From Candidatus Aenigmatarchaeota archaeon (GTDB taxonomy: Archaea; Aenigmatarchaeota; Aenigmatarchaeia; CG10238-14; SCSR01), in contig JAUWZS010000002.1 in NCBI GenBank assembly GCA_030615205.1, positions 131,212-195,211 of the forward strand: a DNA stretch of 64,000 bases, read 5' to 3'. Below the pieces are notes generated by a model. The model did not search any database. It was not told where the DNA came from and saw only the letters and a program-made list of their open reading frames with translations. Position 1 is the stretch's first letter; each line of letters starts with the position of its first letter. Of this stretch, positions 28,767 through 38,612 are shown one piece after another. Position numbers and translations under genes: made by a program.

Positions 28767-28868
28767 CTACTCTGCAGGTTTTTCTTCTTTAGTTTCTTCG
28801 GTCTTTTCTTCTTCAGTTTTTTCTTCTTCTTTCTCTTCTTCCTCTTTCTTTTCTTCTTCTTCAACCAT
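28767..28868 (-). CDS. possible 33-aa highly acidic E/K peptide
   Basis: Hand translation MVEEEEKKEEEEKEEEKTEEEKTEETKEEKPAE. AGGAG lies 8 nt upstream of the ATG and a TATA-like TTATATAAC further upstream. Low complexity, so this could be noise. Confidence 0.25.
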   Translation of the reverse strand: MVEEEEKKEEEEKEEEKTEEEKTEETKEEKPAE

Positions 28869-28989
28869 CTAATTCATCTCCTTTTTGTTTTGAAAAGTAA
28901 ATCTAATTGATTTTTAAGTTATATAAGTATAAAAGAAAAGTTTATTTTTTATTCAATCTTAAAAAAGTAAAAGATTATTTCTTCTTATA

Positions 28990-31692
28990 TCAATCTGGTG
29001 TAAATAAAGGAGGCGGACCTCCTCCCCCACCTCCTGGAGGAACAGTGGTAGTTGTAGTGGTTACCACTTCACAAGCATCTCCACATTTTGGGTCTGAATA
29101 ATACGGTGGTGAAGGACAAGTTACTCCCCATGTATCAGCCTGATCTGGATTTGGAACATACCAACAATTGTCACAAGCATCTCCTACACCATCTGCATCT
29201 GCGTCTGGTTGATAAGGTTCTCTAAATTGCACATTTGTTCGATAGTAGAACCAATCTGTTGGGCTCCTAATTCTTAAGTAAAACGGTTCTCCAGGATTTA
29301 TACCATAATCACCTAAGTCAATTTCATCAGATGTAATAATATTGCAATCTGAAGCAGAAGCTACAGTCCAGACTAATGTTCCTGCACCTCCACATTCTCC
29401 AGTTACAATATAATAATCCACTGGTCCTGTTATGAGATTACCAGGCTTGAATTGCAATCTCATCATATTAGAAGCTGGGCTTACAAAATCATACCAAAGG
29501 TCAAATGAATCTACTCCCCAACCACAGCTTGCACCACTATAACCATTAGCTCCTGTTCCACAACTCCAAGTTCCAGTAAACTTATGTCTGACATCTTCAT
29601 GATCAATAACTTCAGTAGTTGTATAAGTATATTCGACGTTTGCTATGTTAGGACAGTTATCTATATAATCTGGAACACCATCATTATCATCGTCATTAAG
29701 TGGATGATAATCTTTCCCATCACCATCTCCTGGAATTTCATAATAATTTGGAAGTCCTGGGTTACTTAACAAGTCAGACCAGTAATTACCAACATCGCTA
29801 AGATTCCAATTGTTGTTAGTCGATTTATCAGTTTCATAAGCATTCTCCTCATTATCTATGAAAGTGTTGTTCCAATAATTATTATAATCTGAATCACCGA
29901 GGGATGCTCCATAATTGTTATTTCCGATCAACTCATTGCTAGTGACGTCGTTGTAAGAGCTTTCAGCCAAATAAATTCCATCCCAACCATTGTAGTTTGC
30001 AGTATTACCAGTAAGGGCGTTGTTGTTAGAGTTGAAAGCCACAAAAAAGCCATTAGCACCATTGTAGTTTGCAGTATTAGCGATTAGATTGTTGTAAGAG
30101 CTCGTATATAAAAAAACGCCATCACCATCGTTATCGTTCGCAGTATTACCAGTTAGATTGTTGTAAGAGCTTTGATACAAAGCAATTCCATGATAAAACT
30201 CCTGTACATTGCAATTCTTAATAGTAACTCCATCCTTATTATCAAGATAAATTCCAATACCAAGACCGGTATTGTCTCCATCAATAAAACGACCAGCACA
30301 ATCAAGAGTTATATCACTAGCACCGATTATTAATCCATCCTCCGGGCAGTTTGTAAGGTTAGCAATCAATAGCGTATCATCTGTTATTGTTTCTCCGCAA
30401 CTGGCTACATAACCTTTATCTGCATAATAAATCATCTCTTCAACTCCGCACTCTCCATACCCAACAAAAAAATAACCATCATGGGGATCTGGTTCTTTTA
30501 GTGTTGTTCCATCCCAACCTATTCCCCAACTGTTTTTAGCAATCCAATACCCTTCGTACCATAAAAAGCCAGTATCCTTATAACCAGTAATAATCACATT
30601 ATGCCTGTTTAGTGAGACTGGGAAACACCTAAGAATATCTTCATCCCAGAAACTATCAACTTCATTCATAAATATACTAGTTACAAGAGGTCCCTTCTCA
30701 ATAAGATGTTGTTTAATGGTTTGTTGATTACTCGAAACAGGACCATAATCATCTATTTTTTCTAATCTACTTTCCCAATCCCCACACAATTCACAAGGAA
30801 CATTTGCTTGATAAGGTTTGTTAGGGAAGCAATCCTCATCAACTACTCCTTCATTCTTAATGTATTCAAAGACTATATTAGGAAATCCGCCAGTGCTACA
30901 AGAACCACAACCAGTACAACAATCATCTCCATTTGAAATTAATTGTTGCTCTGATAAGTCTAAATCAAGGTTAGGGTTATTCTTACGAATATTGTACATA
31001 GCTTCCACTACCCCAATAGAGGCAAATGCCCAGCAGGAACCACACATAGTACCTTGGTTCTTTACAGAAGTCATCCAATCTTCCCCATTTTTATCTCTCC
31101 AGTCAAATGAATCGGGTAAACTCATTGTTGAAACCCTTTCTTCTGGAGCAGTTGAGGTTTGTTCTATGGAAATGCTTCCTCTAGTAGCCTTTTTACTCAA
31201 ACCAAACAAATCTGTGACAGAACCAATTTCCTTTTTTTTACGAACACAAACAGCATAATGTCTTGAAAAAGGATTCTTACCATCAGTCTTTACTATCAAA
31301 TCATAGCCTTGTCTAGCACAATAAGAATATTCTTGTCCACATTTTCCTGTCAAGAATTGCCATTCTTCGCATTCGCTTTTATCAGGAAATATGCATATAC
31401 CTTTCTGTCCTCGGTCTGTATCAACTATTTTGTATTCATATCCCAGATCATGACAATATACAGCAGCAGGGTTAGCCATTCCATAAGAATCGATATTAAT
31501 GGAGCTTTCACAGATCTTTTTCTGTTGACCAGGGGCTCTCTCTAATCCTGATGGAGATGCTTGTGACGATGCTCCCCTTGATTTGATGCTTGGGTCTGCA
31601 CTGACCATAGAGTTAACGATAAAGACAGATAGACATATCAGCATTACCAGGAACAATATAACTATTTTTTTGTTGATATTCACACCCCCCAA
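28990..31692 (-). CDS. secreted multidomain papain-family (C1) cysteine protease: DUF333-like + C1 + beta-helix repeats + TSP3-like Ca-binding repeats
   Basis: Signal peptide. DUF333-like MANPAAVYCHDLGYEY...CEEWQFLTGKC. Catalytic CGSCWAFAS and AKNSWG. Repeated NNLTGNTANxNDGDG units (parallel beta-helix). DDDNDGVPDYIDNCPN and DADADGVGDACDNCWYVPNPDQAD. Tail TTTTTTVPPGGGGGGPPPLFTPD. Start is TTG 31692 or GTG 31683. Confidence 0.8.
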   Translation of the reverse strand: MGGVNINKKIVILFLVMLICLSVFIVNSMVSADPSIKSRGASSQASPSGLERAPGQQKKICESSINIDSYGMANPAAVYCHDLGYEYKIVDTDRGQKGICIFPDKSECEEWQFLTGKCGQEYSYCARQGYDLIVKTDGKNPFSRHYAVCVRKKKEIGSVTDLFGLSKKATRGSISIEQTSTAPEERVSTMSLPDSFDWRDKNGEDWMTSVKNQGTMCGSCWAFASIGVVEAMYNIRKNNPNLDLDLSEQQLISNGDDCCTGCGSCSTGGFPNIVFEYIKNEGVVDEDCFPNKPYQANVPCELCGDWESRLEKIDDYGPVSSNQQTIKQHLIEKGPLVTSIFMNEVDSFWDEDILRCFPVSLNRHNVIITGYKDTGFLWYEGYWIAKNSWGIGWDGTTLKEPDPHDGYFFVGYGECGVEEMIYYADKGYVASCGETITDDTLLIANLTNCPEDGLIIGASDITLDCAGRFIDGDNTGLGIGIYLDNKDGVTIKNCNVQEFYHGIALYQSSYNNLTGNTANDNDGDGVFLYTSSYNNLIANTANYNGANGFFVAFNSNNNALTGNTANYNGWDGIYLAESSYNDVTSNELIGNNNYGASLGDSDYNNYWNNTFIDNEENAYETDKSTNNNWNLSDVGNYWSDLLSNPGLPNYYEIPGDGDGKDYHPLNDDDNDGVPDYIDNCPNIANVEYTYTTTEVIDHEDVRHKFTGTWSCGTGANGYSGASCGWGVDSFDLWYDFVSPASNMMRLQFKPGNLITGPVDYYIVTGECGGAGTLVWTVASASDCNIITSDEIDLGDYGINPGEPFYLRIRSPTDWFYYRTNVQFREPYQPDADADGVGDACDNCWYVPNPDQADTWGVTCPSPPYYSDPKCGDACEVVTTTTTTVPPGGGGGGPPPLFTPD

Positions 31693-31805
31693 CCAAGATA
31701 CTTACAGAATTTAAGAAATAAATAGATATTACCCGAACCAAAAAAATATACTTTCTACTCTAAGATTGTAAAAAAATAAAAAAAATAAAAAATCAAAAAC
31801 ATTTT

Positions 31806-32141
31806 TTATTTTCCTAGTTCGTATACTGCTTTCAAAGCGACTATCACTGCAGCTGGAGCAACGAATGTTGCAATGTTTAGTAGTATCGGTCCTACATACG
31901 TTCCTATTAGTGGCAGGGCCCCTAAGCCTGCAGCACCTGTCAATAGCAACGCCATTGCTGCTATCAAGAAGTTGTACACTTCTTTTTCTGATATGTTCAA
32001 GAAACCGACGATTACTCCTAGGACCACTAAGAGCATAACAATTGTTTCAGCGTAAGCTGTCCCTAGTAATGGTAGCCCTGCTAATATCGCTATTATTACT
32101 CCAAGAATGAAAGACCAGTGTCCTATTTCTTCTAGTTTCAT
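31806..32141 (-). CDS. small polytopic membrane protein
   Basis: 111 aa with 3-4 hydrophobic helices rich in G/A/L/I/V. Confidence 0.55.
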   Translation of the reverse strand: MKLEEIGHWSFILGVIIAILAGLPLLGTAYAETIVMLLVVLGVIVGFLNISEKEVYNFLIAAMALLLTGAAGLGALPLIGTYVGPILLNIATFVAPAAVIVALKAVYELGK

Positions 32142-32365
32142 TTTTACACCTTATATTTCTTTAAGAAAGGCTGGCTTATAAACCTTCGTTAATCTTCGTT
32201 AAATTAAAAATCTTTTAAACTCAGTACTTTCGTAACAATAAATTTCTGGGACAGCTTTTCATTTTGATTAAATTTGATTATACTGATTTTCTGTTTTTGG
32301 TCAGACTTTTAATGTTATCGTTTTTTGATTGACACTTAAATAATTTTTGATTTAGGTTATAATTA

Positions 32366-32884
32366 GTGGGAAAAATGGGTAGTTTAAAAGATGCTGCTGC
32401 TAAGGTCATTGGTCGGATAAGTTCGAACAGGCTTACTCCTTATAATAAACTTACTCCTTATCTTTTCGATTCTGATATGAGTGCAGAAGATGTCCAAGGC
32501 CTCGCACCAGAAACAGGAAGTAATACTGCTTATGTTGCTGGCTCACCTTCAGGGCAAAATGCTAGTATTGGCAAAAGATATAAACTTGCCGGAATCATTC
32601 TAGGAGCTACTGATCTTCTTTGCGCGGGTATATATAAAATAGTTGTTGAACATGGTATGGATTTGTATTACAAGTTTGTTCCAGGCTCAGAAGCATATAA
32701 TGGACTACATCCCGCTCAGAAGTTACTTCGTCATCTTGTGTCTGCTGATGCTCCAAAACTTGGTCCTATTACACCAGTCTCAGCAGGTTGGATTGCTTTA
32801 ACCGCAGCATGGTTAGTAGGTTTAGGATTATATCTCCATGGCAGAGACAAGGAGGGGGAAAAAGAAATAAGGTCTTTCGAATGA
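32366..32884 (+). CDS. hypothetical protein with C-terminal TM, translationally coupled to the S8 protease
   Basis: The stop overlaps the protease ATG (ATGA at 32881-32884). Hydrophobic AGWIALTAAWLVGLGLYL near the C-terminus. Start is GTG 32366 or ATG 32375. Confidence 0.5.
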   Translation: MGKMGSLKDAAAKVIGRISSNRLTPYNKLTPYLFDSDMSAEDVQGLAPETGSNTAYVAGSPSGQNASIGKRYKLAGIILGATDLLCAGIYKIVVEHGMDLYYKFVPGSEAYNGLHPAQKLLRHLVSADAPKLGPITPVSAGWIALTAAWLVGLGLYLHGRDKEGEKEIRSFE

Positions 32885-35529
32885 TTCCAAAATATCTTCA
32901 AAAAAATTCAGGGAAGTTTTTATTACTTTTTTCTATATTTTTTTTGCTAATAACACCAAATCTTGCAAACGCAATTTATTCTCAGTATTCCCAGATTCCA
33001 ACCAAAGTCTTTGAACTTGACAAAACCATTCCACAGGAAAACGTGACGATGAAAGGAATCGTCGTGGTTTCTCCTACTCGTCCAAATAAACCAAAGTTAT
33101 TAAAGAAAGGGGAAATAAAGAACGACAAAAAACTCTCAAATATTGTGAGAAAATATGATGGAAACATAGCGTTTACATCAAAATATGGTCATTCCTATAT
33201 AGATGTACCTGAAGAAAATTATGAAGCAATCATAACTAAGCTAAGGGCCGTGGGGTATAAAGTAAGAGACGAATTGATATTACAACCTATGCTCGACGAA
33301 TCATTGGTTGTCATAAGTGCACCTTATACTTGGTACAGCAGCGGCCAAGAATTAACTCTCACTGGAAATAACAGGGTCATTGCAATACTTGATACAGGAA
33401 TAGATGATACCCACAGCGATCTTCAAGGCAAGGTCCTTGCATGGAGAGATTCAATCGAAATCGTCGATAATGAAAATTATGGAAGTATTACTCCTTACGA
33501 TGACAACGGACATGGAACCTTTGTAAGTTCTATAGCTGTTGGAACTGGTGAAGCATCAAGCGGTCAATACACAGGAGTTGCACCCGGTGCAAACCTTTTG
33601 GTGGCCAGAGTCTGTGGACCAGTATACAACTGGGGATACTTACGGTGGGAATGTAGAGAACGCTATCTGGAAGATGCGTTGCAATGGATAATCGATCTCT
33701 TTGATTCCGGAGCATACCAAGCGGATGTGATAAGCATGAGCCTTGGGGCATCGAACCCAGAACCAAATAAATGCACGGACATGAACTCTGGTATGAATGA
33801 ATTGATCTCAGATGCCATTTCAAGAGGCATTCCTGTAGTTGCAGCTGCTGGAAACGATGGTCCTGCAAATGATATAAAGGTAGGTGGGATATTTGAAGGG
33901 GCTATAACTTGGCCAGCTTGCGTACAAGATGTGATTGCTGTAGGCGCAACGTACAAAAAGGCCTACCAAGGTTACAGTTTTGGTTTGGATATCCAAGAGC
34001 GTTTGTTAGTAAGTACTAAAGTCCATGTCAAAATTGATTGGGTTGATCCTGATGGTATAGCTCGCTCTGATGAGTATGAATGGGAAGCTTTCAATGCATC
34101 ATGGTCGGGCTTATATGAAAAGTCAGGTTTCGACAAAGTAATTAATCCTGGTCCATATACTGAAGACGTTTGGGTTAGTTATGAAGTGATGGAAAGAGTT
34201 ATAGGTTGTCACCTATTATTTGGTTGTCCACATATCGACGAAATATGGTATCCATCAGGAAGTGAAGAAAAGGGAGTGGCTTATTTTGGGAGACAATGTT
34301 ATGTGCCTTTTGGGTATGATAATCAAATGGTAGTTCAATTCTCAGCATGGCCGATGGTTGAAGAGATACCGGGCATACTAGGATGGACATATTATCATAC
34401 CTACTTTCCTCGTTATGAACCAGAGCCAGGCATACATGGCGAACCCAAAGGAATAAATATTAACTGTTATAAGAACATTCATGACTGGGAACTTATGACA
34501 GATTTCATTCCCTTCTGGAGTAGCAGAGGTCCTCCTCCTCAAGGTGGAATAATGAAACCTGATGTTGTCGCACCTGGTTATCATATATGTGCAGCTCATG
34601 CAGAAAATACAGAAATAGGAGAAGATATTTGCGGCAATGATCAATATACAGCTGCTATGGGAACTTCTGCTTCAACACCTTTTGTTTCTGGATTGATCGC
34701 ATTACTAAAAGAGGCAAAGCCAAATGCGGACATCAACTTGGTCAAAGATTCCATATTCAATACAGCAGATGATGTTTGCGGGGTTAATGGTTATGATGGT
34801 TATTGGAATGACAAATATTCTTGTGCAGGAGAAGGTCATGGCAGAATAAATGTACAGAAGGCCGTGGATTATATAACAGACTGCAGCCTTAAAGATGGCT
34901 GGAATTGTAACAGGAATAGTAGAGAATACTGGGATTATTATTATGATAGTGAATCTGGATCTTGTACATATTCTATAACTGCAAATGAAGATTGTAGAGT
35001 CGATGCATCTGATTCTGATGGAGGTCTAGCATACAAAACAAGAGGAACATGCACGGATTACACAGGCTGCTTAAATGGAAATTGTCAAAGCAGTAGTTAT
35101 ACAGATGTTTGTGCCAAGGACGCTACTCCAGACTGTAGAGATGAACCATTCAACTGTCCCTCTGGAAATTGTAAGACTCTGGGTTTTGATTCTGGAAAAT
35201 GTTTTCATGATGTCAGTTGTAACCCACCATATTTACCAGTCTGTGAAGTAGACTGTGTCGCAACTTATGGCTCTGGTTGGAGTTGTGCCTGGGACCCTTG
35301 GTATGGATGCTACTGTAAAAAACAAGCCAGTATAACAGCAGGCCATGAAAACTATGTAAAAGAATATTATGTTTCTGGAACGGGCGATTCAACCACTTGT
35401 AGCTATACTTATAAGAACTGTAAGGATTATGGGACATATTGGACTTGTTCTGATGGAAGATGTGTGTATACTAGTAGTGATGGCGGTGGGGGTGGAGGTG
35501 GTGGACCTCCTAGATTTACTGTGAAATAA
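32881..35529 (+). CDS. secreted subtilisin-family (S8) serine protease with Cys-rich C-terminal region
   Basis: Signal MIPKYLQKNSGKFLLLFSIFFLLITPNLANA. Catalytic triad in AILDTGIDDTH, DDNGHGTFVSS and GTSASTPFVSGL. Many Cys in the last 230 aa. Tail SSDGGGGGGGGPPRFTVK. Confidence 0.85.
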   Translation: MIPKYLQKNSGKFLLLFSIFFLLITPNLANAIYSQYSQIPTKVFELDKTIPQENVTMKGIVVVSPTRPNKPKLLKKGEIKNDKKLSNIVRKYDGNIAFTSKYGHSYIDVPEENYEAIITKLRAVGYKVRDELILQPMLDESLVVISAPYTWYSSGQELTLTGNNRVIAILDTGIDDTHSDLQGKVLAWRDSIEIVDNENYGSITPYDDNGHGTFVSSIAVGTGEASSGQYTGVAPGANLLVARVCGPVYNWGYLRWECRERYLEDALQWIIDLFDSGAYQADVISMSLGASNPEPNKCTDMNSGMNELISDAISRGIPVVAAAGNDGPANDIKVGGIFEGAITWPACVQDVIAVGATYKKAYQGYSFGLDIQERLLVSTKVHVKIDWVDPDGIARSDEYEWEAFNASWSGLYEKSGFDKVINPGPYTEDVWVSYEVMERVIGCHLLFGCPHIDEIWYPSGSEEKGVAYFGRQCYVPFGYDNQMVVQFSAWPMVEEIPGILGWTYYHTYFPRYEPEPGIHGEPKGININCYKNIHDWELMTDFIPFWSSRGPPPQGGIMKPDVVAPGYHICAAHAENTEIGEDICGNDQYTAAMGTSASTPFVSGLIALLKEAKPNADINLVKDSIFNTADDVCGVNGYDGYWNDKYSCAGEGHGRINVQKAVDYITDCSLKDGWNCNRNSREYWDYYYDSESGSCTYSITANEDCRVDASDSDGGLAYKTRGTCTDYTGCLNGNCQSSSYTDVCAKDATPDCRDEPFNCPSGNCKTLGFDSGKCFHDVSCNPPYLPVCEVDCVATYGSGWSCAWDPWYGCYCKKQASITAGHENYVKEYYVSGTGDSTTCSYTYKNCKDYGTYWTCSDGRCVYTSSDGGGGGGGGPPRFTVK

Positions 35530-35659
35530 ATCCTTGTTATTGATAAAATCTCTCCATTTCTTCAAAAAGATGGTTATGTCTTCGTGATGACAGTAAACAA
35601 AACTATAGAAATAATCAGTTGTTAAGAAAAAAGTAAGGGCATCACAGCCCTGTCTAAAT

Positions 35660-36367
35660 TTAAGCTACGTAATATCCATCTACATAGACATCAAGAGCTT
35701 TGCTGCTGTCCAACTCGAGTGTCAGCAGATATTCCCCGTTGCTGTTGCTTGTGCCTTCGGTCACCGCAGTTGTATTATCTGAATCTGCATCGTTTTCAAA
35801 TGCAAGCACTCTCACATCGCCAACGAACGCACCAGTCAAATCATCAATTATGTATCCGTTGATCCATGCAGGAGTAGGAGCTGTTTCCAAACTCACAGTC
35901 ACATATGCTTTTGTGCCTACAGTCGACAACACCGGCACTTGATCCACAACGTCTTCGTATCCGCTGATATTATACACAGAAACTGTAGCTATTGCCGCAA
36001 GCGCTGAATTGTTTATCAAATCATACGAATAGCCGTTCTCAATGCCGACCAGCCTAAGCAACTCATTTCCTTCTGCATCCTTTAACACTATTACGCTTTC
36101 ATTGTCATCAAACTTCAAATAGCTAGTGCTATTTCCCTTCCTGAACCTGACACTAGCATTATAAAACATACGCACAGTTATATTGCGCTCGTAGTATTCG
36201 CCAGGCGCAAGTGTTTTGTCAAAAGCCTTGAAAAATCCAGTAAAGCTTATGCCAGATGCAAATGAAGCCACAGCAAGCAAAGTAATCGCAGCAAAAACTC
36301 CGATTCCAGCCAGCACATATCTGTTCGTTAATTTTTTCGTTATTAAATTATTCTTTATGTCTTTCAT
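35660..36367 (-). CDS. membrane-anchored protein with carboxypeptidase-regulatory-like domain
   Basis: N-terminal TM (VLAGIGVFAAITLLAVASFA). C-terminal GYIIDDLTGAFVGDVRVLAFE...TSNSNGEYLLTLE typical of the CarboxypepD_reg fold. Confidence 0.5.
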   Translation of the reverse strand: MKDIKNNLITKKLTNRYVLAGIGVFAAITLLAVASFASGISFTGFFKAFDKTLAPGEYYERNITVRMFYNASVRFRKGNSTSYLKFDDNESVIVLKDAEGNELLRLVGIENGYSYDLINNSALAAIATVSVYNISGYEDVVDQVPVLSTVGTKAYVTVSLETAPTPAWINGYIIDDLTGAFVGDVRVLAFENDADSDNTTAVTEGTSNSNGEYLLTLELDSSKALDVYVDGYYVA

Positions 36368-36502
36368 ATTTTTTCTTTTCGCTGTTGACGTCTGTTATAT
36401 ATTTAGGACCATAACTGGTGGTGACAGTTTAGTTGTAACACAACTTAAAGTGTATCGGAAGAAGAATGAATTTGAGTGGAATTTGGACCCACTGAAATAA
36501 TT

Positions 36503-36907
36503 TTATTTTCTTTGTGTTCTTTCGTCTTTAAGTTTTGTGATAAGGGAGGTCAATAGTTTCAGATCAATTTCAGAAATTTTAAATTCATCAATATGTGGGC
36601 AATCTTCATCTAATATAGCACAATTTTTATCTTCGTCATATATTATGGGATATAATTTACATCCTTCTGGTCTATTTTCGTAAATCAAGCATTGTTCACC
36701 ATCATTAAAAACACATCTTCCATCGTAATTTTTTATTTGTAACCAACCATCTTTATTGACAGCAAAATAATCATTGTCGAAACCTAATTGTTTTATCCGT
36801 TCAATGTCTTCGTTTAACAAAGGCATCTCAGTTTCTAAACAACAATTAACGCATTTGTGACGTATACAAGAACTTCTCATATCCTCAGTTTGTTTAAGAA
36901 GATTCAA
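36503..36907 (-). CDS. YkgJ-family (COG0727) cysteine-cluster protein
   Basis: CIRHKCVNCC ... DGRCVFNDGEQCLIYENRPEGCKLYP pattern. TTG start at 36907; alternative ATG at 36880. Confidence 0.65.
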   Translation of the reverse strand: MNLLKQTEDMRSSCIRHKCVNCCLETEMPLLNEDIERIKQLGFDNDYFAVNKDGWLQIKNYDGRCVFNDGEQCLIYENRPEGCKLYPIIYDEDKNCAILDEDCPHIDEFKISEIDLKLLTSLITKLKDERTQRK

Positions 36908-37129
36908 CTATAAAAATATATAATTTCATGTTGGAAGTGGAATTTTTATCCAAAAAAAAATATAAGCCACTCCAAAACTAAATTTATAAGTGCGGACAGA
37001 AACACTGTGGATAGAAATGATGGATAAGGGTTTTCGTCTTATCACGTATCACATCTTAATCCCATAAAATCCGACTCAAAAATTAGCCTATTTTTTAAAA
37101 AGTTTAAATGTTTTACTTGTTTTTTATTA

Positions 37130-37759
37130 ATGACTAAAATGAAACCATCCGACCTTTCAGAAGAGCAAATACAGACACTGTTTGAATTATTCGATAGAGG
37201 GATAAAACCAAAAGAAGCTGCTCGAAAAACCGGCATTGAATATAAGACAGTAGTTTATGTAAGAAGACGTTCGTATTGGCTTAAGAAAAACTGGTCTGGA
37301 TCAATAGCAGCATATAAAAAAGATTTGGCTGGAAGGAAAGGTTTTCCATCACGTGCAAAATACTTTAAGTATTTGATTGAGAAGAAGTTCGGATCAACTG
37401 CAAAATATAACAAATATTTGGCTGAGAAGGCAGGATTTGAATCATCAACAGAACACCAGAAACATCGGATTGAGAAGAGAGGATTTAAAACAGTAGCGGA
37501 CTACCGTAAGGATTTGAGACGTAGTAAGAGTATTAATGCTATAGTCACTATCTTGCATGAAAATGCAGCATCAGCAAAAGAAGTTTCTCAAGAAATAAAA
37601 AAGAGATCAGGTTTTTCAGTAAAACCATCCACAATAGAAAGAAAAATAAGGCAATTCGAATCTGTTGGTCCCTGGGTCAACTTAGATGAAGAAACTAAAA
37701 GATACAAACTATACGAAGATCATTGGTTTGTTAGATCAATGATGCAAGAAATAGTTTAA
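37130..37759 (+). CDS. hypothetical protein with N-terminal HTH-like segment and about 16-aa tandem basic repeats
   Basis: Repeats AAYKKDLAGRKGFPS / RAKYFKYLIEKKFGST / AKYNKYLAEKAGFESS / TEHQKHRIEKRGFKTV / ADYRKDLRR. Confidence 0.5.
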   Translation: MTKMKPSDLSEEQIQTLFELFDRGIKPKEAARKTGIEYKTVVYVRRRSYWLKKNWSGSIAAYKKDLAGRKGFPSRAKYFKYLIEKKFGSTAKYNKYLAEKAGFESSTEHQKHRIEKRGFKTVADYRKDLRRSKSINAIVTILHENAASAKEVSQEIKKRSGFSVKPSTIERKIRQFESVGPWVNLDEETKRYKLYEDHWFVRSMMQEIV

Positions 37760-37807
37760 GAATAATTAAGAAAGGGTATTTTTTAAGAAAGATTACAAAT
37801 AATTAAT

Positions 37808-38392
37808 ATGCCATTAGTAGTCACGCACGTTCTTGTGCCGATAATATTCTTGGAACTTATCAGGGACAATTGGAAAACACGCAAGTTCAAAGCATCCAAA
37901 TTCTTCTCGAAAAGACACATATTCCTTATAGGGCTGGCCGGGCTTTTGCCAGACTTGGACGTGCCTATCTACAGGGCACTCGCACTCGTAGATAAATCAA
38001 TTTCTATTGTCGATATGGGACATAGAGTAATATTTCATAATCTGTGGATCCCGCTAGGTTTCCTCGGGTTTTTTGTTTTGTTTTACTACATCTTGCCGAA
38101 ACTATGGGAACTGAAAAAAAACAAAGCGCAGAAATTGAAATCCTTTGGAAAAGTGTTTCTAGTGCTCCTTATCGGATTCTCGATTCACTTGATGCTCGAC
38201 GCAGTGCTTACAGGACATGTTATGCCTTTTTATCCGTTGGGTAATTACCTCGTGAATTGGGACTTTGTCGGCCGAGCAGCATGTGCAACAGGTATACCTG
38301 GACTCACAATCCTAGTTTCTATGGATGCGTTGCTTTTGATATTCTGGCTCTGGCATGAAGAAATGGGTCATCGAATAAAGGATTATTTTTGA
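37808..38392 (+). CDS. membrane-bound metal-dependent hydrolase (YdjM/DUF457-like)
   Basis: LAGLLPDLD, HRVIFHN and HLMLD histidine/aspartate motifs within a 4-5 TM protein. Confidence 0.6.
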   Translation: MPLVVTHVLVPIIFLELIRDNWKTRKFKASKFFSKRHIFLIGLAGLLPDLDVPIYRALALVDKSISIVDMGHRVIFHNLWIPLGFLGFFVLFYYILPKLWELKKNKAQKLKSFGKVFLVLLIGFSIHLMLDAVLTGHVMPFYPLGNYLVNWDFVGRAACATGIPGLTILVSMDALLLIFWLWHEEMGHRIKDYF

Positions 38393-38612
38393 ATATTTTC
38401 AGATGTAGAGTTGCACCACAAAACTTATTAAGAAGCCGAAATATTACTTTTCTATAGTTCGCTAAGCATATAGCAGTTATAACATTTATGCGAACTGAAA
38501 CAAGGACCTACAGCGCATCGGATGTGCGCAATATAATATATACCCCGCTCGGATGTAGTCATTTCTATCGATTTCTGGATTTTTCAAAAAATGAGAATGG
38601 TAGGTGGTTGTG

